This document shows, one piece after another, positions 57,755-64,000 of a DNA stretch of 64,000 nucleotides (the first letter of the stretch is position 1; every line of letters begins with the position of its first letter). The position numbers and the translations under genes were made by a program. The notes beneath the pieces were generated by a model. The model was not told where the DNA came from. It did no database searches and was given only the letters and a program-made list of their open reading frames with translations. Location: the IMG/VR virus record IMGVR_UViG_3300019458_000003, positions 1 to 64,000 of that record; one strand, given 5' to 3'. The stretch comes from a virus.

Positions 57755-57906
57755 GCTTTAGCCGCGAGTTGCTTTTTAAGACAGTTTTGACAAAGCATCC
57801 TGAACTGTAACTCCCCCAACTCTTTCTCAGTCAATTCTCGCTCAGAGGACACAGGAACTTCCAACTCACAGTCATTACATTTGAGAGTGGAGTGATGGTT
57901 ATTCAT
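57751..57906 (-). CDS. Zinc-ribbon micro-protein (51 aa, below cutoff)
   Basis: Hand translation: MNNHHSTLKCNDCELEVPVSSERELTEKELGELQFRMLCQNCLKKQLAAKA. SD AAGGAGACAGTGATG; ATGA overlap with the endonuclease start. Confidence 0.45.
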   Translation of the reverse strand: MNNHHSTLKCNDCELEVPVSSERELTEKELGELQFRMLCQNCLKKQLAAKA

Positions 57907-57926
57907 CACTGTCTCCTTGAGGGCGC

Positions 57927-57956
57927 GGGGAGAGGGGTTGAACTCACCCTCTCCCC
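57927..57956 (-). terminator. GC-rich hairpin without U-tract
   Basis: Minus strand: GGGGAGAGGG-TGAGTTCAAC-CCCTCTCCCC (10-bp perfect stem), directly after the DUF932-like gene. Confidence 0.35.
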
Positions 57957-57968
57957 AGGGGGCGCCGC

Positions 57969-58757
57969 TTACGCCTCAACCAACTCCGCGAAAGTCTCCC
58001 CCGCTCGGTACACTTGGTTAAACGTCACCAAGCTACCATTGTCCTCAATTCGACGGGAGAGCACGTCCGTAATTGAGTTCATCAACCGCCAGAAGTCCCG
58101 TCCCTCATCCTCCTTGCGGATGGGGTTCTCGTACAGGTCTGCCGCCTTCTCTGCAACCGTCGCGGGAATAATGTGCTTCTCTGCTAACTTCGTGAGAAAC
58201 GCTTTACCCGCTTCTGTAGTGCAAGGAAGGTTGACGAGCTTCCGAGCGGTCTCCAACTGTCCATCGAGAGCATTGTAAATCTGCTCCACCAACGGAACCT
58301 GCTCAAAGAACTTCTGCACCCCTGATTGAATGTGTCGCTCTGAAATGCTCACATACGCTGTCTTGAAGTGCAGGACAAACGTGTTGCGACACACTACCCT
58401 CGTAGGACTCACGATGAGTCCCAAGCTCCACCCACCGTCAAGACTGTTCCGAAGATTCACGCAGGTTTGGATTTCCTCTCCCCCCACGTCTGAGACCTTC
58501 GGAAGTTTGATGTTGAACAGCGCCCGCGAGTAGTTCTTTGTGGTGTACACATTCTCGACCTTTCCCTCAGGAAGGAACTCCTGCACCCGCGAGAGAACTG
58601 CTTGATGGGAGACAGGAACATAGTCATCCGTCCGAACTGCAAACACCCGCTTTCCATCCGTGACTGCTTTATATCCCCGAAGCTCCTGCCCATTCCACAT
58701 TACGGGGTCAAGATGCACGTTCTGAATCTCCAACACCTGCTCCAAATCTGTTTTCAT
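57969..58757 (-). CDS. DUF932/DUF945-like phage-plasmid protein
   Basis: 262 aa. The pattern VRTDDYVPVSHQAVL...CVNLRNSLDGGWSLGLIVSPTRVVCRNT resembles DUF932 (..nShDGs.a......R.vC.N). Recall only. Confidence 0.5.
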   Translation of the reverse strand: MKTDLEQVLEIQNVHLDPVMWNGQELRGYKAVTDGKRVFAVRTDDYVPVSHQAVLSRVQEFLPEGKVENVYTTKNYSRALFNIKLPKVSDVGGEEIQTCVNLRNSLDGGWSLGLIVSPTRVVCRNTFVLHFKTAYVSISERHIQSGVQKFFEQVPLVEQIYNALDGQLETARKLVNLPCTTEAGKAFLTKLAEKHIIPATVAEKAADLYENPIRKEDEGRDFWRLMNSITDVLSRRIEDNGSLVTFNQVYRAGETFAELVEA

Positions 58758-58773
58758 TTCCCCTCCTCTGTTG

Positions 58774-58792
58774 TAGCCCCGTTGTGGGGCTA
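58774..58792 (-). other. 5'-UTR hairpin
   Basis: Minus strand: TAGCCCC-ACAAC-GGGGCTA, between promoter P4 and the SD of 57969..58757. Confidence 0.4.
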
Positions 58793-58800
58793 ACCCAACA

Positions 58801-58830
58801 ATTATACCACATGAAGGACATTTTTGTCAA
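58801..58830 (-). promoter_or_regulatory. Early sigma70-type promoter P4
   Basis: Minus strand: TTGACAAAAATGTCCTTCATGTGGTATAAT, with a perfect -35 and -10. Confidence 0.8.
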
Positions 58831-58981
58831 GTCCCACCGCTGAGATCTACAATCGTGGTTCCGTGCTCATCTTTGTACATCCTAGCGTCAGTAACCGCCA
58901 ACCGTACAACACACACAACGCAGCAGTAATCTTCGAATCCTGTAATCCCCTGCTTCTCAACGCATGTGGGACAAGAGCCTT

Positions 58982-59431
58982 TCATTCAGATTTCTTACCC
59001 TTTTTGGCTTTCATCGCTGCGAAACGCGCCTTCGTTCGCTCTCTCGATAACTTTTGAAGCTCTTCTAATCGGCTTCTTCCAACCTCTATGCTTGGTAAAT
59101 TTCCTGAGGCAATTCCGGTCGCTAGATTGATCGCCTCGTCTAGCTCCGTTTTAGTCATGCCATTGAATCCACGTATTCCTAATTCTTTTGCGGCCAATTT
59201 CTGCGCTTTTGTCATTGATTTACCCACCAATTTCCTTTCGTCTACTCCCACATCTTTAGCTGCTCTGATTGCGGCCTTCTGTTCACCTTGAGCGCTATAA
59301 TACTTCTCGTACAACCTCGCTATAGTTGCCTTGTACGATCCTCCTTTATGTTCACGCCTTCGACGGCGCTCAGCAAGCCATGCCAAATTCCGCTTAGCAA
59401 GGTCTTCTCTTTCCCTAGGGCTAAGAGGCAT
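58982..59431 (-). CDS. Basic protein with HeH / Rho-N-like motif
   Basis: 149 aa. MTKAQKLAAKELGIRGFNGMTKTELDEAINLA parallels the motif in 41507..41698. Confidence 0.5.
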   Translation of the reverse strand: MPLSPREREDLAKRNLAWLAERRRRREHKGGSYKATIARLYEKYYSAQGEQKAAIRAAKDVGVDERKLVGKSMTKAQKLAAKELGIRGFNGMTKTELDEAINLATGIASGNLPSIEVGRSRLEELQKLSRERTKARFAAMKAKKGKKSE

Positions 59432-59507
59432 CGACTCTCCCTATTTAATCAGTCACGTCGCTATCTTCCGCCCCGCAACCTATGCACCGATACCCAAGGT
59501 CCACGAC

Positions 59508-60041
59508 TTACGGACTACCGACGCTGGCGCATTCAACTTCATTCCCCCATACATCCCATCCGGGGGAGGTCTGTCGAGCAAACAACTCTATTCTACTCGC
59601 TTTTGGAAACATCTGCTCTATTCTTTTTCTAACTTCTTCAGGCTTTTTAGAGTGGAACGTTCTAGTTACTTCAACATACTGCTTCACATTTCTTGCTCCA
59701 TATGGGAGAGGAACCTTACCCTTCTTAAATAGGAGCACAAATTCACAGTAAGTCATATTGTACATCCCTACAACTGGCAACCTTTTATTCCATACAAAAG
59801 CCACAGTGCTATACTTAAAACCCCACCCATTGGCGCAATTAAAAGCAAATTCAAGGTGTCGGGCAGGGCTCCAGAGAAACAGTAGACAGTTTTCGTCCGC
59901 TACTTCTCGAATGACAGGAAAGCTCAAAAGTTGCCCCTTAGTCATGCATGGGTAGTGGTTGGTAGGGGAACTGCCGCTGGCCATTGTAGAGTTTTCAGGC
60001 CACGGCGGGTCTGCGTAGATGATTTGGTATTTCCTAGCCAT
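59508..60041 (-). CDS. MT-A70-family N6-adenine methyltransferase
   Basis: IIYADPPWPE (DPPW catalytic motif) near the N-terminus, then HYPCM, LFLW and HSKKPEE, as in the MT-A70 / phage Dam-like family. Confidence 0.75.
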   Translation of the reverse strand: MARKYQIIYADPPWPENSTMASGSSPTNHYPCMTKGQLLSFPVIREVADENCLLFLWSPARHLEFAFNCANGWGFKYSTVAFVWNKRLPVVGMYNMTYCEFVLLFKKGKVPLPYGARNVKQYVEVTRTFHSKKPEEVRKRIEQMFPKASRIELFARQTSPGWDVWGNEVECASVGSP

Positions 60042-60318
60042 TATAATCTTCGCTCCGCTCCACTAATCGGAAGGCGTGAATATGAACGCAAGTCTTACCC
60101 CCGAAGAAATATCCGTCACATTGGCATGAGAAGCTATATCGCCCTCGCCCTGTGCGGCGCTTCTTAACCCCGTAAAATCGGCCATCTTTAGTGAACGATA
60201 GCACCTGTCCATATAATGTCACCCCGTTAACAATAGAGGCCGGTTTCCGGAGAATGACTTTGACCTGTTTTCCTTCAATCTCTAAAATCTTAACCTCAGT
60301 GTTATTCTCTTGATTCAT
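60034..60318 (-). CDS. SWIM zinc-finger protein
   Basis: 94 aa with CQCDGYFFGGKTCVHIHA (CxCxnCxH). Confidence 0.55.
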   Translation of the reverse strand: MNQENNTEVKILEIEGKQVKVILRKPASIVNGVTLYGQVLSFTKDGRFYGVKKRRTGRGRYSFSCQCDGYFFGGKTCVHIHAFRLVERSEDYNG

Positions 60319-60366
60319 CCGTATCCCCTCCCCCGATTGGCCTGCCCATCCCCGTACCTAAAGTAT

Positions 60367-60396
60367 ATTATACCCAACCTAGCGAGTGCATCACAA
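60367..60396 (-). promoter_or_regulatory. Weaker sigma70-type promoter
   Basis: Minus strand: TTGTGA (60391-60396), 18-nt spacer, TATAAT (60367-60372). It lies upstream of 60034..60318. Confidence 0.4.
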
Positions 60397-60529
60397 GAGC
60401 AATCAATAAGACAGCGCCGAGCATTTTTAGGAAAGTGGTCAAGTTAATCATAGTACACACCTCTCGCTAATGTCTACAGTAGTATCCCTGAGAAATAGGT
60501 ACTCGGTTTTCAGGAGCTTAACCAGTTTA

Positions 60530-60913
60530 TCAAGCTGCTTGGCTAGCCGTTTCATGTTTGCGCCCCCGCTTCTGCTCCCCCGCGAACACGACCTGCAAAT
60601 TGCACCGACGAATGTCTAAGGTGTTGCCGTTCTTGTAAGTCGTCACTTCCTCGTCAGAAGTCATTCCCTGGTGACCTTCATCTAACCCTGCAATTTCCCG
60701 CGCTACGTTGAAGCCATATTTCGTGCCATTTTCTTTTTTAACGTAGTCCCGGCCGCGCCGCTTGTCAAGAAAGAGCAGGTCATTCGCGTACCGCTTGTAG
60801 TCCTCTTGGTGGATTTGCACCGGTCGAACGTCCAATGCCGATTTCCGGTATGGCACCGCTAGCGTGATTTCCTCAGCCCCACATTCGCAAATCTTCATCC
60901 TCGCCTCGCTCAT
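60530..60913 (-). CDS. Degenerate HNH_3-like endonuclease-domain protein
   Basis: Start moved to the ATG at 60913 (ATGA overlap). TTYKNGNTLDIRRCNLQVV resembles the HxDGNxxNNRxxNL motif but has Tyr in place of the first His. Coding sequence is GC-rich by eye. Confidence 0.35.
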   Translation of the reverse strand: MSEARMKICECGAEEITLAVPYRKSALDVRPVQIHQEDYKRYANDLLFLDKRRGRDYVKKENGTKYGFNVAREIAGLDEGHQGMTSDEEVTTYKNGNTLDIRRCNLQVVFAGEQKRGRKHETASQAA

Positions 60914-61116
60914 CGTCGGGCCTCCGGGGTGATCTTGATGTCGTCGAGCGTCACCATGAACGACCGCCGATTCATCCAGGCCCCGTTGCCGGTCACGGCC
61001 CAACCGGTCGCGTCGTTGTAGGCAGTCACCTTCCGCTTGCCCCGCTCCAGGTAGGCCCTCCCCTCCCAGATGGCTCGGTGAATCTCATCGAGCCGCTGCT
61101 GCTGTGTCGTGCGCAT
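60910..61116 (-). CDS. Hypothetical protein
   Basis: Start moved to the ATG at 61116 (MRTTQQQRLDEIH), with GGGAGGCGAGG upstream. GC-rich. Confidence 0.45.
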   Translation of the reverse strand: MRTTQQQRLDEIHRAIWEGRAYLERGKRKVTAYNDATGWAVTGNGAWMNRRSFMVTLDDIKITPEARR

Positions 61117-61163
61117 CCTCGCCTCCCTTGTTGTCTTTCTCCCCCTCTCAATCTTACACAACA

Positions 61164-61193
61164 AGTATACCATACAGAGGCACCTTTTGTCAA
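61164..61193 (-). promoter_or_regulatory. Early sigma70-type promoter P5
   Basis: Minus strand: TTGACAAAAGGTGCCTCTGTATGGTATACT, preceded by a ~45-nt A/T-rich tract (UP-element-like). Confidence 0.7.
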
Positions 61194-61235
61194 GGTTAAA
61201 ATCACTTAACGCTGCTTAAAATCTATTAATAAATA

Positions 61236-61424
61236 TTAAAAAAGTTTATTTTTCAACACTTGCGCCCTTGATCGGTTAGCCTTTAAGGCGAACTCCGACA
61301 ATTCCACCAACCTCTCAGTAGGTATTCCAGGGTAGTACTCAAACTCCGCTACCGCGACTGGCAATCCATATAAGACTCCAGCCCTCTTAATTAATAGAAC
61401 TTGGCGCACTCTGTCGTGTTGCAT
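61236..61424 (-). CDS. Hypothetical protein
   Basis: ORF track, 62 aa. Confidence 0.45.
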   Translation of the reverse strand: MQHDRVRQVLLIKRAGVLYGLPVAVAEFEYYPGIPTERLVELSEFALKANRSRAQVLKNKLF

Positions 61425-61437
61425 GCATCCTCCTGAA

Positions 61438-61611
61438 TTATTGAGCCGCCGACTGCCGAATCAACCGTTGGTAACGCAACAACACAAAACGAAACATCCT
61501 TGGATTATTTTGATACAAGCGATTAATCACTTCCTCCGTACCTTCCAGTCCATACTTCTGAAACGCTTCTTGAAGGCTGCAATCGCAAAGAGATTTGACC
61601 ACAGTGTTCAT
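61438..61611 (-). CDS. Hypothetical protein
   Basis: Track ORF shortened to the ATG at 61611 (MNTVVKSLCDC), with AAGGGGAGGGG upstream. This removes the overlap with 61628..61864. Confidence 0.45.
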   Translation of the reverse strand: MNTVVKSLCDCSLQEAFQKYGLEGTEEVINRLYQNNPRMFRFVLLRYQRLIRQSAAQ

Positions 61612-61627
61612 TGTCTGCCCCTCCCCT

Positions 61628-61864
61628 TTAAAGGCACTCCACCAAATCCCCCAACTGCGCCCCGCTTGTTTCCATAACACCCAAAAACGAGTACCTTCTC
61701 TTAAACAATTCAATAGCCTCTCGCTTTGAAAATGCTGTACAATAGTCGTAAAACTCGCGATCACTGGTTCTTAACATCAGACCAAACTTGGAAAATGTCG
61801 GTGGACGAACTTGCCGCCTCCTTTCTCGAACCCAATTTTGCCTATCCTCGGTTTGTGCCACCAT
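61628..61864 (-). CDS. Hypothetical basic protein
   Basis: Start moved to the ATG at 61864 (MVAQTEDRQNW), with GGAGG 5 nt upstream. The track start lies inside promoter P6. Confidence 0.5.
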   Translation of the reverse strand: MVAQTEDRQNWVRERRRQVRPPTFSKFGLMLRTSDREFYDYCTAFSKREAIELFKRRYSFLGVMETSGAQLGDLVECL

Positions 61865-61879
61865 CTTGCCTCCAACTAA

Positions 61880-61909
61880 AGTATACCACATGAAAGATAT
61901 TTCTGTCAA
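61880..61909 (-). promoter_or_regulatory. Early sigma70-type promoter P6
   Basis: Minus strand: TTGACAGAAATATCTTTCATGTGGTATACT. Confidence 0.75.
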
Positions 61910-61919
61910 GATTTTCCGT

Positions 61920-62693
61920 TCACGCTAGATAGCCCTTGATACGCTTCCTCATTTCTTCCCCTTGCCGCCCATGAACACCTGGGTACAATGTGTACACGAT
62001 ATCAGACTGCCAGTAATCATGAGTGTCTACGTCCATAATGGTTATTTTGCCTTCCCACCCTCCGCCTGTATCCAAATCCCAAATTTCAAATAAATTTACA
62101 GGTGTATCTACCACAATTGAACCTTCTGTCGCGGCGATGCCGAGCGCCGAGACAGGTGTATGCCCTAAGAAAACTTCGGAAAATTCAGTCAACTTCTTTG
62201 GTCTGCTCCCCCTCATTCGGCTACATTCCACGGCAGTCTGAATGAGCCTCCTATCCCACATCAAAGTCTGCTGATCTTGGGTCCGGGCGTCCTTCTTTCG
62301 GTCGAACCCTCCATGAACAAACGCTCGGTTCTTGTCATCAATGTAGAGGGGAGTCCCACTCTTTAAGAACTCGATATGCGACTCGGGTACATCAAGATAA
62401 TCCTGATTATAGGAGATTAGGGTGCTCATTCCACCCTGTTCCGTCCAAATGGGTGGCTGTTCTCCTGTTAGCATCCACTCCAAAGTCCAATAGTCGTGAT
62501 TGCCAATAACGAAAATGAGATTCTTCATGGTAAGTAGCTCGTCAATAACTTCGCGTGTCTGCGGCCAACCGTCGCACACATCACCAAGCACAATAAGCTT
62601 ATCCTCGGTCCTATTAAACCTTGACCGCTCAAAGCACTGGAGTAAAGCTTTGTATCCGCCGTGTATGTCACCGATTGCGAAAGTTTTGCTCAT
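61920..62693 (-). CDS. PPP-family Ser/Thr protein phosphatase (lambda PPase / PrpE-like)
   Basis: FAIGDIHGGY, LIVLGDVCDGW and VIGNHD. Start moved to the ATG at 62693 (GGAG 5 nt upstream). Confidence 0.8.
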   Translation of the reverse strand: MSKTFAIGDIHGGYKALLQCFERSRFNRTEDKLIVLGDVCDGWPQTREVIDELLTMKNLIFVIGNHDYWTLEWMLTGEQPPIWTEQGGMSTLISYNQDYLDVPESHIEFLKSGTPLYIDDKNRAFVHGGFDRKKDARTQDQQTLMWDRRLIQTAVECSRMRGSRPKKLTEFSEVFLGHTPVSALGIAATEGSIVVDTPVNLFEIWDLDTGGGWEGKITIMDVDTHDYWQSDIVYTLYPGVHGRQGEEMRKRIKGYLA

Positions 62694-62812
62694 TTGTCTC
62701 CTGATCTTCACACTCAACTCGCTTCTCGAATTGTGTCCCTGGTGCGTATATGTGATAGTAACGATTCTGTTCGTCCCAATGTTTGGAATACTCTTGCTTG
62801 CACCACCGACAG

Positions 62813-63043
62813 TTAATCCGCGACATACGGCCTCAAATTTGATGACTGAAAACAATAAACCCCGGCGTAATAGACACTGATGTCCTCATGTACCGGAGTT
62901 CCTTCTCTCTTATTCAATTCTTCCCGCGTTACATATTCACCTGTCGTGTGATCTTTCAGCACCGCCACCCCCGCCTTAATTCTATCTCCGCAAACTACGC
63001 ACGTCTCTAGGCGATCAATAAACTTTTCTACCGCAACGGCCAT
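62813..63043 (-). CDS. Hypothetical protein
   Basis: Start moved to the ATG at 63043 (MAVAVEKFIDRLETCVVCGD), with AGGAG 7 nt upstream. Confidence 0.45.
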   Translation of the reverse strand: MAVAVEKFIDRLETCVVCGDRIKAGVAVLKDHTTGEYVTREELNKREGTPVHEDISVYYAGVYCFQSSNLRPYVAD

Positions 63044-63057
63044 CGCGTGCTCCTTTT

Positions 63058-63411
63058 TTATTGACCCACCCAATAGATAACACCGCCATAATTGATTGTG
63101 AAGTAGTCTGACCGGATGTTCTTAGCCGTTTTGTTCCAATCAATCGCAAGGTACGGTGGGATATCTTTTGGTAATACACCGATATCCATGCATCTTTCCT
63201 TGGTGTATTCCACAAAATAAGAGTCTCGAATAAGCGTTACTCCATCCTCCCAATCATCACTGTAACTTTTCACTCGTTGTGCAAGCAATTTAAGCGCGTA
63301 CAACTCAGCCTTTTCTTCGTCCAATTCCCCACAGGCTTCCAATTCCTCAATACGCCTAATAATGTCCCTGCTGTCCAGCATATCTTCCGTGTTACTGACC
63401 GACTGGTTCAT
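63058..63411 (-). CDS. Acidic protein, possibly ArdA-like anti-restriction
   Basis: Start moved to the ATG at 63411 (GGAGGGG upstream). The acidic N-terminal half and ...YLAIDWNKTAKNIRSDYFTINYGGVIYWV loosely recall the ArdA C-terminus. Support is weak. Confidence 0.3.
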   Translation of the reverse strand: MNQSVSNTEDMLDSRDIIRRIEELEACGELDEEKAELYALKLLAQRVKSYSDDWEDGVTLIRDSYFVEYTKERCMDIGVLPKDIPPYLAIDWNKTAKNIRSDYFTINYGGVIYWVGQ

Positions 63412-63428
63412 TGTGTCCCCTCCTTGTG

Positions 63429-63902
63429 CTAATCTCCCTGGCTCTCGTTTCTCTCCCATCCAAACCTGGCCAATTCAGCGGAGCGGTTAGAACGAAAACA
63501 CGGACTACACATTAGTCCGGCCATTCTCAGGTTTCGGTAAATGGTTCGATTACAGGTAGGACAAACTCCTTTAAACTTCTTGGGCGGCGTCACCACCGAA
63601 GCCCTATCATAACATCGCTCTCCATCATCACCAATAGAAATGGCCACCCGCCGCCACGCTTCGCCGTGCCCGGCCTCGTGCCCTGCCAAGGCATGGGCGA
63701 TTTCGTGGAGCACGGTCTTGCGGACTTCTTCTTCTGTGTTCAATTCAACCAACTCTTGCGAGAGACTAATGACCTTCCTATTGAAGGAACAGAGGCCAAA
63801 CCTGCTACGAGCCGCGTCAAACTGAAATGCCCACCCCTTCGCCAATAGGCCATGATCACCCATCAACTTTATTGCCAATCCCCGCGCCGTTGACGTGTCC
63901 AT
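63429..63902 (-). CDS. SprT-like zinc metalloprotease-domain protein
   Basis: WAFQFDAARSRFGLCSFNRKVISLS, HEIAHALAGHEAGHG and a C-terminal CPTC...CSPC zinc ribbon. I chose the ATG at 63902 because the longer track ORF runs through promoter P7. Confidence 0.7.
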   Translation of the reverse strand: MDTSTARGLAIKLMGDHGLLAKGWAFQFDAARSRFGLCSFNRKVISLSQELVELNTEEEVRKTVLHEIAHALAGHEAGHGEAWRRVAISIGDDGERCYDRASVVTPPKKFKGVCPTCNRTIYRNLRMAGLMCSPCFRSNRSAELARFGWERNESQGD

Positions 63903-63908
63903 ACAATA

Positions 63909-63938
63909 AGTATACCACACTCGATACCTTTTTGTCAA
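63909..63938 (-). promoter_or_regulatory. Early sigma70-type promoter P7 (leaderless configuration)
   Basis: Minus strand: TTGACAAAAAGGTATCGAGTGTGGTATACT. The -10 ends 6 nt before the SprT-like ATG. Confidence 0.7.
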
Positions 63939-63950
63939 GATATACAGTTT

Positions 63951-63980
63951 GAGCGGGGGCACTTGTTGGCACCCCCGCTC
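63951..63980 (-). terminator. GC-rich hairpin upstream of P7
   Basis: Minus strand: GAGCGGGGG-TGCCAACAAGTG-CCCCCGCTC (9-bp stem) with no U-tract. It probably ends the preceding transcription unit. Confidence 0.35.
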
Positions 63981-64000
63981 TGTCCGCCTCAATCGCAAGC

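Noticed and set aside
25525-59452. Recurrent TTAAATA(A)GGG(A)G motif just upstream of several starts (about 25530, 26570, 28990, 46600, 59440, 12465), considered as a T4-like late promoter (TATAAATA).
   Set aside because: It occurs in early, middle and late regions alike. It is always 5-12 nt from a start codon, and it decomposes into an upstream stop codon (TAA/TAG) plus a GGGAG Shine-Dalgarno. It is best explained as translational-coupling context rather than a promoter.
280-63848. All plus-strand ORFs in the six-frame track (for example 280..477, 3354..4004, 9633..9986, 35932..36336, 48965..49339, 59331..59732).
   Set aside because: Each lies antisense to a longer, motif-supported or tightly coupled minus-strand gene. 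Their translations are low-complexity or hydrophobic junk, and none has a convincing SD or promoter. I treat them as shadow ORFs.
1-64000. HD-domain dATPase (DatZ) expected next to purZ, and direct sequence evidence for Z-substitution.
   Set aside because: I scanned all ORF translations by eye and found no HD motif in a suitable 150-200 aa protein. Base Z is read as A by sequencing, so the sequence cannot show substitution. The Z-genome idea therefore remains a hypothesis based on gene content.
1-64000. Prophage status, an integration module or a CRISPR array.
   Set aside because: I saw no integrase or recombinase, no att-like repeats at the edges, no flanking bacterial housekeeping genes, and no repeat-spacer array. 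The only tandem repeats are coding repeats in the fibre gene.

Overview
This window looks like a contiguous piece of a dsDNA phage genome. It holds about 130 tightly packed genes, and every credible one is on the minus strand, so transcription runs from 64000 down to 1. Neighbouring genes very often overlap as ATGA or TAATG. All plus-strand ORFs in the track look like shadows of minus-strand genes.

Layout in transcription order:
- 64.0-41.3 kb, early region. It has at least seven near-identical sigma70-type promoters (TTGACA, 18-nt spacer, TGTGGTATACT). Products include a SprT-like protease, a PPP phosphatase, an MT-A70 methylase, a DUF932-like protein, a LAGLIDADG endonuclease and a PurZ-like adenylosuccinate-synthetase homologue with a nucleotidyltransferase and a P-loop kinase. 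The replication set follows: Cas4-like nuclease, primase-helicase, UDG-like/PolA fusion, two SSB-like proteins, a DEDDh exonuclease, a DUF5664 (MazZ N-domain-like) protein, RuvC and RecA.
- 41-24 kb, middle region. It encodes a secreted Q/N-rich protein, an SPPY methyltransferase, Rnl1 + Rnl2 + Pnkp RNA repair, an M14-like peptidase, SbcCD, an exonuclease and a deoxyribosyltransferase-like protein.
- 24-20 kb, envelope-directed cluster: transglutaminase-like peptidase, S1 protease, MgtC and an AAA+ ATPase.
- 19.4-0 kb, late region: a sigma-region-4-like protein, large terminase, many small proteins, two ~250-275-nt densely structured non-coding stretches (one with group I intron core motifs), putative virion proteins, two tail-fibre genes and the start of a portal gene.

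I recognised no tRNA, rRNA, CRISPR array, integrase, major capsid protein or endolysin.

The most interesting hypothesis is a 2-aminoadenine (Z-base) DNA pathway with non-canonical partners. All functional calls rest on motifs read by eye and recalled family signatures. No search was run, so start codons and functions need confirmation.
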